Assembly (NCBI RefSeq): GCF_036321535.1
Contig: NC_087436.1
Coordinates: 12,276,001-12,340,000 of the forward strand
Direction: 5' to 3'
Length of the DNA: 64,000 bases
Source of the DNA: Camelus dromedarius
Lineage: Eukaryota
Shown here: positions 27,908 to 41,703 of the stretch, piece after piece
How positions within the stretch are numbered: position 1 is the stretch's first letter
How the letters are laid out: the number at the start of each line of letters is the position of its first letter
Notes under the pieces: model-generated
What the model saw: the letters and a program-made list of their open reading frames with translations, nothing else
What the model was told of the DNA's origin: nothing
Databases searched by the model: none
Made by a program: the position numbers and the translations under genes

Positions 27908-28986
27908 TGCTTTCTGAATTACCCGATTAAAAGTAATCCTCTAATTCCTTTAAATGTTTTATATTAGTTTCAGTTGAGTAGACTAGGCTTTGTGAATCAA
28001 CTAGGAAGCCAAGGCAAGGAGACCTTAATGAGTTAAAATTTTATGCTTGCCCTGTCCTGTTCTTGGATATTTGGCTAAGAATATATATTGGTTAATGACA
28101 ATAAAAGACAAGTATCTCTTCAGAATTATAGTTTAGGTTATCATTTTACTCTGAAAGGTTAGATTAAATAAATTTGCCAAAGGTCACACAATTCATAATT
28201 GGTCGCACTGTGATTGAAACCAATTTCATGGCCTGGCACTCTTGCATGCAGGTCTTGGTAGCAAGTTAAATTTGTTCCCTTCATAAGTATTGCCATTTGT
28301 ACATTTGTGTCATTTAATCACTAAATGTCAATTAGGGACATGTCTGTTTATTCATCACTGTTTATACACTATCAAGTATATATTAATTGGCAATAGTAGA
28401 TTTTCAGTAAATATTTATTAAATTTATGAGTGAGCTAAAAATAATTGTGTCATAAAGGAAAAAAGAAATCAAATGGCAACATTGAAAAACCAGAATCATA
28501 TGAAAATAGATCTAACCCAGACTCGTGGTTTTGATTTTCACATGGCTGTGCATATTTGTTTTTTTCTCCTCCATTTTTGAGCTGTAGTTACACATTTATC
28601 AATATTTGTTAAATATTAAAAAGTAATAATGAAAATATTAAGTAATAAAATATTAAACATGATACTGTTACATTTGAAAATAATCATCTATTCAACTTTT
28701 CTCCTTTTTATTCAAAATTCCTTTTATTAGTAGCATTATTACTTAGACTTTACTGTATTTTCCTATATTAAAATTGATTTATTTTTAATAAAAAATGCTA
28801 ATCTAGATTGTTTTTGCTAGTCATACGTTTCTCTAACATTTTCCCCCAAAGCAAAAAATAATGACTTGAGCATTATTCCAAGTGTGTAGAATTTTAAGTT
28901 ATATGGTCTATAAAAGTTTAATCATTTTTCTGGTTGGTAGCATTAATTATATTTTGAAATTACACTCTAACACTCATAGAAGAGGT

Positions 28987-29572
28987 ATTTTTTTTATTAT
29001 GGCAAAAAAAGGCATAACAGAAAATTTACCATCTTAACTATTTTTTAAGTGTCTGACACAGCAGTGTTAAGTATATTCACATTGCTGTGCAATCAACCTC
29101 GAGAACTCTTTTCATCTTGCAAAACTGAAACTATTTACCCAGTAAGCAACAACTCCCCATTCCCCCTTCCCTCCAGCCCCTGGTAAGCATGCTTCTGCTT
29201 TATGTCTCTATGAAGTTGACTGCTCTAGGTACCTCATGTAAGTGGAATCATACAATAGTTGACTTCTTTCGATAACTTAAAAAAATTTCACTTAGTGTAA
29301 TATTGTCAAGGCTTTTGCATGCTGTGGCACTTGAAAAGATTTCCTTCTTTTTTAAGGCTAATATTCCATTGTATGTATATACCATATTTTGCTTATCCAT
29401 TCATCCACTGATGGGCATTTGGGTTGCTTCCACCTCTTGGCTGTTATGAATAATGCTGGTATGAACGTGAATGTTCAGATATCTCTCCAAGACCCTGCTT
29501 TCAATTTTTAAAATATATACCCAGAAGTAGAATTGCTGAATCATATGGTAATTTTATTTTCAATTTCTCAGA
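28987..29572 (-). mobile_element. LINE-1 3' fragment (L1MB-like)
   Basis: Poly-T, then aaaatttaccatcttaactattttttaagtgt...catcttgcaaaactgaaact...atatatacccagaagtagaattgctgaatcatatgg; similar to 13720-14100. Confidence 0.85.
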
Positions 29573-31789
29573 GAGTATGGGAGAGCTTTTACTGAAACTA
29601 TTACCTAGAAGTTTTGGAGTTTTCAGAGATTTTTACAAATAACTATGTATCGCAGTAGATGTTTTTACAGTGGTATATTTATTTGGAAATTTGATTATAA
29701 AATAAAGGCCAAGTGTGTGAATGGGTCCTAACCCTGGGCACGGTCTCTTGCTCCAGGGCTGGCTTTCCTGCAGTCTTACAGCTCACCCCTATGCACTGGC
29801 CCCAAAGCTCTGCACTGGTTGGCAGTGTTAGAATGAAAGGCTTGACTACTTGAGGTTACGTTTAACTGATTTTAGTTCTTAATAAATAAAATTACTCAGC
29901 TTTTCCATGCTTCCTCTCTAACCTGCCAGTAAAGGCATGAGTCCCCACTTAGTAATGAAATGTAATATTAATCCCTTCTGGCTAATCTTTGTACTTGTTC
30001 TTCCTTCTTTGTGTATTTGGATCTACTTCCATTATCATTTGTACATCAGTTTTCTAAAAGATCTTCACAGCTTACTATCCCTTCCATTGTTTTCTCTATA
30101 TACTTATTAGATCTGTTTATGTTACGAGAAACTTACCACATGCCTATATGGTTTATGCTCTGATTACCTTAAAGTCTATAATAAACCAGCATCATCATTA
30201 TCAAAACATATTTATTACATGTGTAATTGTGCGTGACATTGAATTCAGGTCCCAGGTCTATGAACTGTGTCTATGCTTTAAATCAAGAGGAAACTGCTTT
30301 TTTTTCTTTGTTTTTGTGAATCATTGATTTTGCTGTTCTTTTTCTTATGGTTCTTAGGATTACTGGCATAATATCAATGGACTTTTCCACTTTTTAGCTT
30401 GAACCATATTTGTTTCTATCAATTCTGTGTACTAATTGATAAAGTAATTGATACCGCTGGAGAAAATGATATGCAAATAACATAAAGAGAATAGCTCAGA
30501 CTCTCATTTGTGCTGTCCATCAATACTGTTGTATAGATACAGTTGAAGAGGTATAATGATAATTTACACCAATAGAGCAGATTTATTGTGCTGGCTTTGC
30601 AATTAGGATTATGGCAATTAAACTGGAAACAATATGTAAACAGAGATCATTCAGGTCATTGATATCTACGTCAACAACAATGACATTCACTATGTGGAAT
30701 ATAGTGTATATTTCCATTGTGTTACCCCTAATACCACGTGCATAATACTTAATATATAAGTAATAGGTAATTCATACATAGGTACTGGTGGAATTAACCC
30801 TAAAATTGGTCATTTTTATGCATTTACCCATGAGCTATTTACACTTTGTTTGTCATATAAAATATTTGAACCTCTAATTTTACTGAGTAAGCAGTGACTA
30901 TGCTATACATTAAAATGTAAAGAGATCTATTCTATAACTGTCAAAGGGACAGAGTAAGTTTTATATACAGGGAAATGTCCATTATCCTATTTCTCTTTAA
31001 TCACTGAAGAAATGTAATTTTTTTCAATAGTCTGTATCTTGTTCTCTTCTTACTGTAATTTTTTTAAAGCAGTAATTTCTTCAAAATAGTCATTTAAAGC
31101 CTTTCAAATTAACCTTCTTATTTTTTTACCTGGTATGGCTTCCAATATGAAGCACTGTGATTTTATTTTATTAATTGACCCTCTACGGCAAGCATCTTCT
31201 TTCTTTATTGTGTGTTCTCACTTTCTTTCCTCTTTGAACTTAGCCTCTCCTGCCTCTCCCAGTGTGATTCATGAGTTGGGATCAGTTCATTCTGTGCTGC
31301 TCAAGCAGCTGAAGAAACGTCGGCTGACTGAGCCCTTTGGTTATTTTCCCTACTCTCTGTCATCAGTTCAGCTTTGCTTATTTGCTTATTCTTTTACCAA
31401 GCTCTGTACCCTAAGAGTTTTAGATGTTATATGTCCCCTTGACCAGAGAATAGAATTTGGTCATCTGGAAATGTTCTCATATTTATAGAGACCCCTGATT
31501 TTGAAGGGAGTATATTAAAGACTGAGAGAAGAAGGCATGTCTCTAGCTGGTCAGATTGCCCTTGTCCTCCCCGGTGACACGTCATTACTAATGGAACTGC
31601 TAACTCTCTCATCTCCCTGTTTAAACATGCTTTTAAAATGAGATATTTTTAGTGTTAAATATTTTCCTATTCTTTCTCATAATTCCACAGACAAAGAGAA
31701 TACATTTTAAGGGGAAAAAAACCCGTTTGTATGAGTCACAGTGAGCTTGTATGGATAGTATAATTTAAAATGGCAACCTCCACTCCCTG

Positions 31790-32035
31790 CATCCACTTCT
31801 CATCCTTCCTGTCTTGTTTCATCTTGTATTTTTCCATAGAATGTATTGCTTTCTTGTACCTTATGATTATTATTTACCCTGTTTATTGTTCCTTTGCTCT
31901 CTACCCACCAGGATAAGCTCCAGGAGGGTGAGGTTCTTTGTTATTTGGCTGAGCGAGCGTACTGAGCAGTGAGAGGGGAGAGGGATGCCCAGCAGGGAAC
32001 AGGCCGTGAACATTTGTTGAAGGAACGAGTGAATC
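31790..32035 (+). mobile_element. L2 LINE 3' end
   Basis: taagctccaggagggtgaggttctttg...aacatttgttgaaggaacgagtgaat resembles the L2 terminus. Confidence 0.6.
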
Positions 32036-33057
32036 CTGATTTGTGATTGGGAAAAGGGCAGCAACAAAGGCAGTCCTTAGTTCTAATCAAATCTGCTTCA
32101 AAATCTATTTTTTCTGTTCATCTTAATTTGAAGACTATCACTGTTAATATATTCACAAATCAGGAAAGGGATCTTCAACCAACAATACCAGCAGTTTCAG
32201 GCATATAGGTTTTAGTTCATGGAATGAATGTGTTTCTTGACATTCTTTTTGTACTAGGAGAATTCCGTAAATTAGTGAGTTGTATGTTGAGTGATGTTTG
32301 ACAAGATGTGATACTGTGCATGGCTGATTAATTATAGATGACAGTGCTTTCTGGCTTCAAATACCTAATAAGTAATTGACTCTATTAAGACTTCAGGGTT
32401 AGTGCCCATTTTCTGTGAAAACTAAAAAGCAAGAATTTATTTAGAAATGGTCTTACAATTTTTAAAACAGTTTGTAAATTTTGGTTTGTTGTTTGTAGAA
32501 GTTCAGGGCTAAAACACAGGTCTGTGAACATGCACTTCGTTATACAGTTTTATAGACCAGTAGTCTGAGCTAAAATTTGCATTTAGCTGTTTAGGAAAGA
32601 GATTGAGTTCCAGGCTGCACAGGTTGAGAGGAATGTGTTAAGGTAAAAGGGTTCATCTAAACAAGCCCTGTTACCCTGAGCGGGGACAGCCAGTGCTGGT
32701 TCTGCAATGGACTAGTCTTTCCACACACAGCTCTGCTAACTACGGATAAAGAATTTCATAGACTAGGGAAAAAATGTAATCCCATGTTATCAGATTTTCC
32801 TTCAAAAGAGATGTATAACCTAAAACAGTGCAATATTTCTAGTTCAGCTTCTCTATTAATAAAATTCTGGCTCTGTGGGTGAACTATGATGAAATAGTGT
32901 ATCTAGTCCAGATACCTAATGATAATTTTAAGTCTGAATTTTCTTGAATTCTAGTTTCCAAAGAATTATTCCTCGTATTTTTTTAAGGCAGTTAACTTCT
33001 GTTGATCTTAAAGCATGTGGCTGCACTTTTTCATAGATTTTTTTTCTCTCTGTCTAA

Positions 33058-33459
<402 letters not shown>

Positions 33460-34688
33460 TAATGTAAAGTGTAAGCTTTTCTTTGTCAAAGATAAATGTG
33501 GTATTTAGCTGTGAATTAGGGAAGAACTAGAGTAAAGTAATATTGAACGGTGAAGTATGTTCATAAAGATATTTTGATGGAAAAGATTATCAGTAAATAG
33601 TGAAATTTGGAGCTTTGTAGCACAGGGTAAGTACTCCATTAGGATATTCTGCCATCTGTTTTTTGTTTGTTTGTTTGTTTGTTTTCCAGTTGTGTATGTC
33701 AGATTTCAGTGTGACTAATATCTAGACATTTTTATTATTCGAAGAACAACAATCTAATAGATTTCCCCTGAACATTACTTAGATTTTCATTATATGAATT
33801 GAAAGGCAGAGAATTTGGCGCTTTTACTATATGTATTCAAAGTATTCATTAAAATGTTCATTTGAATCTTCTCTATGTTTTACAGTAGAAGAAACATGCT
33901 ATAAGAGTCTCTAATGTGATGTTTATATATTTGGTTATCAAAATGCTTAGTGTTTTGATAATGCAAAATTTCTCCAGAGAATATTCTTTGCTATTTTCCT
34001 AACTCACAATAGGTTATTCCTAAAGAGTAAGATTATGGAGTACCTGGTTATGTATGTTTTTTAAAATAGTATACATGTTTCATATGTCTATTTCATGTTT
34101 TCATATACAATTTAAATAGTATGTGTGTTTATAAAAATATAAGATGATTATATTTTCTGGATCAATATGTCTATATAAAAAGCACTGAATACTTTAAATT
34201 TAAAGAGGTCCAGTAAGTTTCTGAGTTTTCTTTCTTTTTAGTTTTCAGTCACCATTATCTATTTTTTAAATAAAGATTATTTCTTTAAAAGCACTTTTTA
34301 GACTACCTAGCAAACTATACTATGAAATGAACAGGCGAATCTATATTTTTTCTGTAAGTTTTTTATTCCATTCAGAAAAAAAATCTCTAAGTTTTAATAA
34401 TCCTCTTTGCCATGAAGTTCAGGAAAAAACATATGCTGTGTCTGAGATAAGGGGATCTTCAGTTGGCCCAGTCTTTCTGGTTCTTAAACAATTCTTAGAT
34501 TGCAATGACATGGATTCTTGTATTTCATCCATCAAGGGCTTGCAAATTGTTCCTGCTCCTTTGTTGAAAAAAATTAGTTGTCTTAGTTTCATTCAGAGCT
34601 ATTAAACATCATGTTTTCCAAAAAATTACACATTAATCTATAAAAACAAAATATTCTAGTTGTTCTCTAATTGTCGCCACATTTATAG

Positions 34689-34814
34689 AGGAAGACGAGT
34701 GTGCCAAGCCTGACCGTGGAGGGTGCGAGCAGCGTTGTGTGAACACACTGGGCAGTTACCAGTGCTCATGTGAGCCTGGTTACGAGCTGGGACCTGACAA
34801 AAGGACCTGCGAAG
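34689..34814 (+). CDS. TLL1: TLL1 coding exon (~exon 14), calcium-binding EGF-like 1: (E)[41 protein letters not shown]
   Basis: Acceptor atttatag|AG; donor GAAG|gtagcg; 126 nt, phase 1-1; six Cys in EGF spacing. Confidence 0.96.
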
Positions 34815-35876
34815 GTAGCGCTGGCTTTGCACGTGATGTTCCCTGCCCAAAACCCCTGCCCATTTCTTTCTTTTGTGTAGTCTCATTCTCTCTTTCTGCC
34901 TCCCTCCTCTACTGGAATAAAATGCACACAGTTGTGAAGAAAATGCAATTCCTTCAAAACAGAAGACATTGTAAACCAGATAATAATAAAGCAATGTGGC
35001 TGTTATTTCTGTGGGACTCCTAAAAATAAATAGTTTGCATTTTAAAAATTTACCCAAAACATAAAAGTATAGGTAGAGTTTTTTAAGTATATTCATAAAT
35101 ATGGTAATATTTATATTAGTTGACATACATACACACATTTACATACATATCTATATATACACAAAGGCAATTAAAGAGACCAGTTATTTAGCTCAGCCTT
35201 GACTCCCTAGGAATTGATTAGGAACTGTGTACAATATGTGTTCTTTTCATTTAACTTGCTTTTGAATACCCTAATTTTGCTGATTTCACTATCAATAATA
35301 GGAAAGAGAGGTAAAATAAATAGTACTTTTTTTTTAATTGAAGTATAGTCAATAGCACATCTTTTAAAGGGGAAGAAAACCAGTTGTTAAATGGAGTATT
35401 TGGAATAACAAACATGCTCTATTTCCTATGGTTTATCTTGCCTACTAGCTCAAATAACTCTTTCCAAGAGTTGCTTGTCTTGGAAAAGAGAGTTTGAGGA
35501 ACTAAACTTCTGATTTTAATCTTACTACATCATACTATATTGTGCTTTACATAAATCTTTTTACTAATTTTCACAACCACCATGTGGAATAGATATTATT
35601 ACACACATTTGAAAGATAAGAAAACTGACCCCCAGTTTTCTTTCTATTGCTTGTCTACTTTAAAGTGATCTAAAATGTTGTCATGCAGCCGTCATTTGTT
35701 TGGCTCCAAAGCTACAAAATAATCCTTTATAAATGAGATGAGATGATTAAAATAGTTGTCCTGAAGACTAAGGAAGAGAGACTGCAACTTTCTAGATTTT
35801 GAAAAGTCCAGAAGAGAGTTGAAATTTAATGCTGGGATGTTTGATTATCAATGGAAAGGTGCTTAGAAGGGGATGA

Positions 35877-36241
<365 letters not shown>

Positions 36242-37566
36242 ACATTTCAGGAGTACAATCGTATAGATGCTGTAGTCTTTCTTTGCTCTGTTTCTCATTT
36301 CTGCAACTGCTTATAATTCCTGTTGGCAATGAGTGATATTTTAGACTGTTTCTGGGCGATTGAAAATTCCTCAGGGAGAGTTTTTTATTTAGTGTATGAA
36401 CATACAGCATTTTCCTCATGTATTAAAGCACTATGAAAATATTAGGGTCATGTCACGTAGACTTTTCTAGAAAAAACTAACCAAAATTCACTTGTTAAGT
36501 CATAACAAAATTACCTGTTCGGGAGAACCTGGTATATTTTACTTGTGAAAATGGGTATATTTTCACTATATAAGTAGTTTTTCACTATGAATGTGCTCAT
36601 GGTTTACAAGTAAAGATTAATTTCTTAACCTCAGTAAAAGATGCGTTTAGTTGACACTGTCTTTCTTTTACAAAATACAATTTGCTGTAATAAAGATCCA
36701 GTTTTCTGTCATGTATGTGTCTTGGTCAACACTGGTTTAAGCCCAGAGAAAATGTATCAAATGTTTGTTTTCAGCTTTTCCTACTTTCTTTTGTTTTTCT
36801 CTTTTCTCCCACGTTCTTTCCCCCAACAACTTTTGTTCTGTGTTTATTTTAAAATGAACAAGATTCAAAACTTCTAATATGATAAAATTTCCTTCTAAAA
36901 ATGATTTTTTATTTGATATATATCTGTTGAATACTTGCAAAGAAGTGAGAGAACAGAAATATAATGTATTGTGTCTGGGCAATAATGTTGGTAATATTTG
37001 TGGGTTTTATACCATAATTTGATCTTTGTGTATGTATCTATGCTTCTTTTTCCTCCCTCCTACTTTTTCTTCTTTCTTTTTAATTAATTTTTGAAAATTC
37101 TGCTTGTAGTAGTCAAGGCACTTCTGTGCCTTTTTTCATCTCTTATCAATGGCTTTGAGGTAAAAAGATGTTGCAGACTTTTGTGTTTCCTTAAAGGAAA
37201 TTCAAGTCTGAAGTGTCATGAACTTGTATTTCAAAGAATTGTAGAAGTTTAGAGCTCAACAGACCTTTTGAGATCTTCTTTACATCATGTGTAAGTTTTA
37301 TGATGGGAAAAACTATAATTTATATTTCTAACATATGTTACCCACATGACACATCATTTTTCTTTAATAATTATCTGAAATTTGGGGGAATATTAAAATG
37401 AAGAAAATATTTTCATAGTAATCTTAGAAAAGGTTTCCTATGAGCTACACTTTTTGAAAATAGGAATCTTCCTGATAGCTCTGTGATATAAGGTGAGCTA
37501 AGCATTGAATGGCTTCTACTTCCTCAGTTTCCCTAAAGCTATTAGTTGTGTCAGAAATGACTTTTT

Positions 37567-39320
37567 TAAAAAAAAATAAACTGTACTTCAATTAAAAAGC
37601 AAACAAACAAACAATGTATTTAAAATATGGGCAGAAGAACTGAATAGATATTTTTCTAAAAGAGGAAATGCAGATGGCCAACAGGAACATGAAAAGTTGC
37701 TCAACATCACCAATATCAGGAAAGCGCAAATCACAGTGTGATATCATCTCATACATGTCAGAATGGCCATCATCAAGAAGAACACAAATAACAAATGTTG
37801 GCAAGGGTGTGGAGAAGGGAGAACCCTTGTACCCCATTGGTGGGAATGTAAGTTGGTGCAGCCACTATGGAAAGCAATATGGAGGTTTCTCAAAAAATCT
37901 AAAGATAGAAACACCATATGGCCCAGCAAGTCCACTCCTGGGCATATATCTGAGAAAAACAAAAACATTAATTAAAAAAGATAAATATACTCATTTCAGT
38001 GATTTTATTCTTCAACTCTGTTTGGATATTCTGTATGTTTTCCAGTTCTTTGCTAGAAACTTCACTCTGTACATCTGTGCTCCTTTGAGTTCTCCCATCA
38101 TCTTGGCCATCATTACTTTAAACTCTTTCTCAGATAAATTGCCTGTCTTTTCATCACTTATTTCCTCTTCTGGTATTTTATTTTGTGCCTTGGTCTGGGA
38201 GATATTCCTCTGCTGTCTCATATTGTCTGTCTTTCTGTTTGTATCTTTAGGCATGTTAGTTACGTTTCTCCTCTGTGGGAGACATCTTGTAAGTCTCAGC
38301 AGTACACGCCTCCCTTGTCACCCAAGGGCCAAGTTCCAGCCAGTCCCAGGGTAGAGTCTGGCCTGTGTCTGTGGATTCCTTCCACAGACTTTGGGATTGT
38401 TGTTTTCTTATTTCTGGTGTCTACCCTCTGGTGGACAAGGCTGGACTAGAGGCTTGTGCAGGTTTCCTGGCAGGAGGAGTAAGTAGGTGCCTGCCCACTG
38501 CTGGGTGAAGCTTGTTCCTGGCCCTCTGGTGAGTAGGGCCTTGTCTAGAGGAGTCTGTGACTCAGGAAGTCTGCTGATGGGTGGGGCTGTGTTCTCACCC
38601 AGGATGTTATTTGGCCTGAGGCTTCTCAGCACTTAAGCCTAGGGCCATTGTATGGGGCTGGGTCTTGGTGCTAATGATCCAATCAAAATGTCAGCCTCCA
38701 GGAAAGTTCACATAGATGAACAGCCTCTTTTGGAATGTCTACCACCAGCTTTTATGTCCCCTGGGTGAGCCGCAGCCATCTCCTACCTCCCCAGGAGACT
38801 CTCCAAAGCCAGCAGGTAGGTCTGGCCCAGGTTCCTATGAAATCACTGCTTTTCCCTTGGACCTGGTGCATGTGAGATTTTATGTTCACTTCCCAAGAGA
38901 CTGAAGTCTCTGTTTCCCCCTGACCCATGGGGCTGCTGGAGTTAAGCTGCACTGGGCTTCAAAACCAGATGTCCTGAGGTCTCCTCCTCCCAGTCCTGGA
39001 ACTCCAGGCTGGGGAGCCTGACATGGTGCTTAGAACTCTCACTCTTATGGAAGGGCCTCTGCAATTTAATTAGCCTTCAGCTTGTGGGTTACCCGCCCAG
39101 GGGGGTGTAGGGCCCGATTATATCATGAGCACACCCCTCCTACTGTCCTGCTGTGGTTCCCTCTTTATGTTTCCAGTGGAAGATCTTTTTTGCTAGGGTC
39201 CAGTCTTTTTTTTTTTTTTTTTTTTTTGATGATTGTAAAAGCAGGCAGTTGTGGTTTTGCTGTAGTCACGAGGAGAGACAAGCTCGTGGTCCTAGTACTC
39301 TGCTATCTTGACTGGAAATC
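37567..39320. mobile_element. Rearranged LINE-1: sense ORF2 C-terminal piece (~37570-37990) joined to an antisense 5'UTR and ORF1 N-terminus (~37991-39320)
   Basis: ORF 37763..37975(+) reads [18 protein letters not shown] (ORF2). ORF 38012..38254(-) reads MRQQRNISQTKAQNKIPEEEISDEKTGNLSEKEFKVMM (ORF1p). The flanking 15-bp direct repeat CAGAAATGACTTTTT lies at 37552-37566 and 39321-39335. Confidence 0.9.
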
Positions 39321-40162
39321 CAGAAATGACTTTTTGATTCACTAATCGATAGATGTTCCTAAGAAGGGTAGAAGTTTATATATAGGAGGAAGGAAGCTAG
39401 ATGGTTTTAAATAAGTGGAGCATTGTGTTTGAAAGCCTTTTCCTCATGGTAGCAGTCTTTATTCATGGAAGGAGTCTGTACGAACTCTATAACGTATCCT
39501 GGAATTCTTACACTTATGATGGGGTTACTGTATGGAAGGCTGTTAACAAAATTCTGTGTATTTTCACAGTTTGAAGTCTTAGTTTTTTTATTTTTTTTTT
39601 AAGTAAACGCATGAGCAAAATCTTGACTTACAGAATACTGGGTTAAGTTATAACATCATTGTCTTATTCATTATATTGACATCCAAAAGGAAAGTAAATA
39701 TCAAACAACTTCAGTCTTGGTAACATTATCCTATCCAAGTAGAAAGAAAAAGTATTCCATTTTTCCAGCAAAATTTAGTTTATTTATCACCTGATCAATA
39801 TCACAGAACCAGTCATTTGAGTTGACATACTGCAAAGTACACATCATGCCCAGAGTTCAGTCATATGCATTGTTAAACAAATATTCATCTCAGTTTTCCT
39901 TAACTCTGTATTTTTTGGAAAAGATGGCTGCTGTAAATACACATATATAAGCATATATTTGTATACACATCTCTTGGATATATACTCTCATGCTGTCTGC
40001 TTCATATTTGGACACTTTTCTTGATTTTTGTCTTTACCTGTTAAGCCCAGTTTGACTAACACAGGAGTAGAGAGAGAAAAACATGATAAATTTTTCAAAA
40101 ATAAATGTCTGTCATCTGATGTTTTCAGATCTGGTGATTACAGTAACCATGTTTGTTTCTAG

Positions 40163-40399
<237 letters not shown>

Positions 40400-41440
40400 T
40401 AAATTGTATGCTATCGATTCTTTATGGTTTTTTGTAAATTAACTTGGAGGTGCATAGAATGCATGAACATTTATCCTAGTTTTAACAATTTTCTACTTAA
40501 AGTTAGGATATTAATAATAAGGTCCCTAATGAAATGCAGCTGTCAAAAACTTGAATCAGATAAATTCTAGCCAAATATTTCAAAGGCTAGTAAAAAATAA
40601 CAAAATTATTATGGTAATATTTTCATACAATGACTTTACTCTTTATAAGAGGATGGGCATAGTGATACTAGACTTTTTCAAAATAATTTCTCTTTGTTTT
40701 TGGAATATGTGTTCCCATTTTAGCAATCTATTTTTTATTCTTACTGCTTAGCAGCATGGTTCTTATTCTTCTTCTTATCATATTTTCATTCTTATTAGGT
40801 AGCTATTAAAATCATACTTTACCTCATCACTATAGAAATAATTGCAACAAGAAACCTAGAAATATGAAAATTATAATTTTACTAAAAACAATATATTATC
40901 AGATATAGTTAGCAGTTGACATGTGTTTGTTGGAATTTAATGTTTAGTTGAACCAACTTATGGTAAAAATTCCCTCTTAAAGAGGTGAAATTTGTTTAAA
41001 GGCCCCTAAATGTTAAGAAAATAGATAGAAACATCAGTGAAATTCCCTTATTTTCCCAATTTCAAAATTGTGCCTCTAAAAAATATTATTCTGAAATTGC
41101 AAAAATAGATAAAATTATAATAAGCCTTAGTATAGCAATCTGTTCTGCCTTTCACACTGGCAAGCAATTTAAAGCAACTGAATTCCAATTATGTTTTAAT
41201 ATTAGGTAGTTTGGATTGAGTTAATTCAAAGTCCATTTATTCCAGTCCCCATGTGTTTAAAATTAATGAGATTTACAATGCCCAGGGTTTGTTTGGGGCG
41301 TTCAGGGTAATTGAAGTTAATGGTTCACAAGTTCCATTGAGGTCTAAGTCATATATGAAAGTACATTCCAAATCCAATGAATTTTGGCTCCCTTGTTCTC
41401 ATTCCGTCCCTCAGGTTTAATTGTCTTTTAAAAATTCTCA

Positions 41441-41703
41441 AATATAGTAAACAAACTAGTGGTTATCAGTGGGGAGAGAGAAGGGGGAGGGACCAGTGAG
41501 GGTGAGGGGACTGAGAAGCACAAACTACTATATATAAAATAAATAAGCTACAAGGATGTAATGTGCAGCAGAGGGAGTATAGCCAGTCTATAAAAATATT
41601 GAGGCACAATGTTGTGCACTTCAAATAACATAGCATTGTAGATCAACTATACTTCAATAAAAATAAATAGGTAAATAATAAAAAATAAAAACAAAAAGTA
41701 AAA
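41441..41703 (+). mobile_element. LINE-1 3' terminus in sense orientation, with AATAAA hexamers and an A-rich tail
   Basis: acaaactagtggttatcagtggggagagag...caaactactatatataaaataaataagctacaagg...atcaactatacttcaataaaaataaa. Confidence 0.85.

Noticed and set aside
34683..35138. 151-aa antisense ORF, and similar ones at 35879..36298, 40112..40333 and 49209..49475
   Set aside because: These are shadow ORFs opposite real TLL1 exons or simple repeats, with low-complexity, non-protein-like composition.
37668..38354. 228-aa ORF on the + strand
   Set aside because: It is a chance open frame spanning the L1 inversion junction (off-frame ORF2 plus antisense ORF1), with no splice or domain support.
40120..40162. 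Alternative upstream acceptors (cag at 40126-40128 and 40141-40143) for the second CUB3 exon
   Set aside because: They would add 34 or 19 nt and shift the frame.
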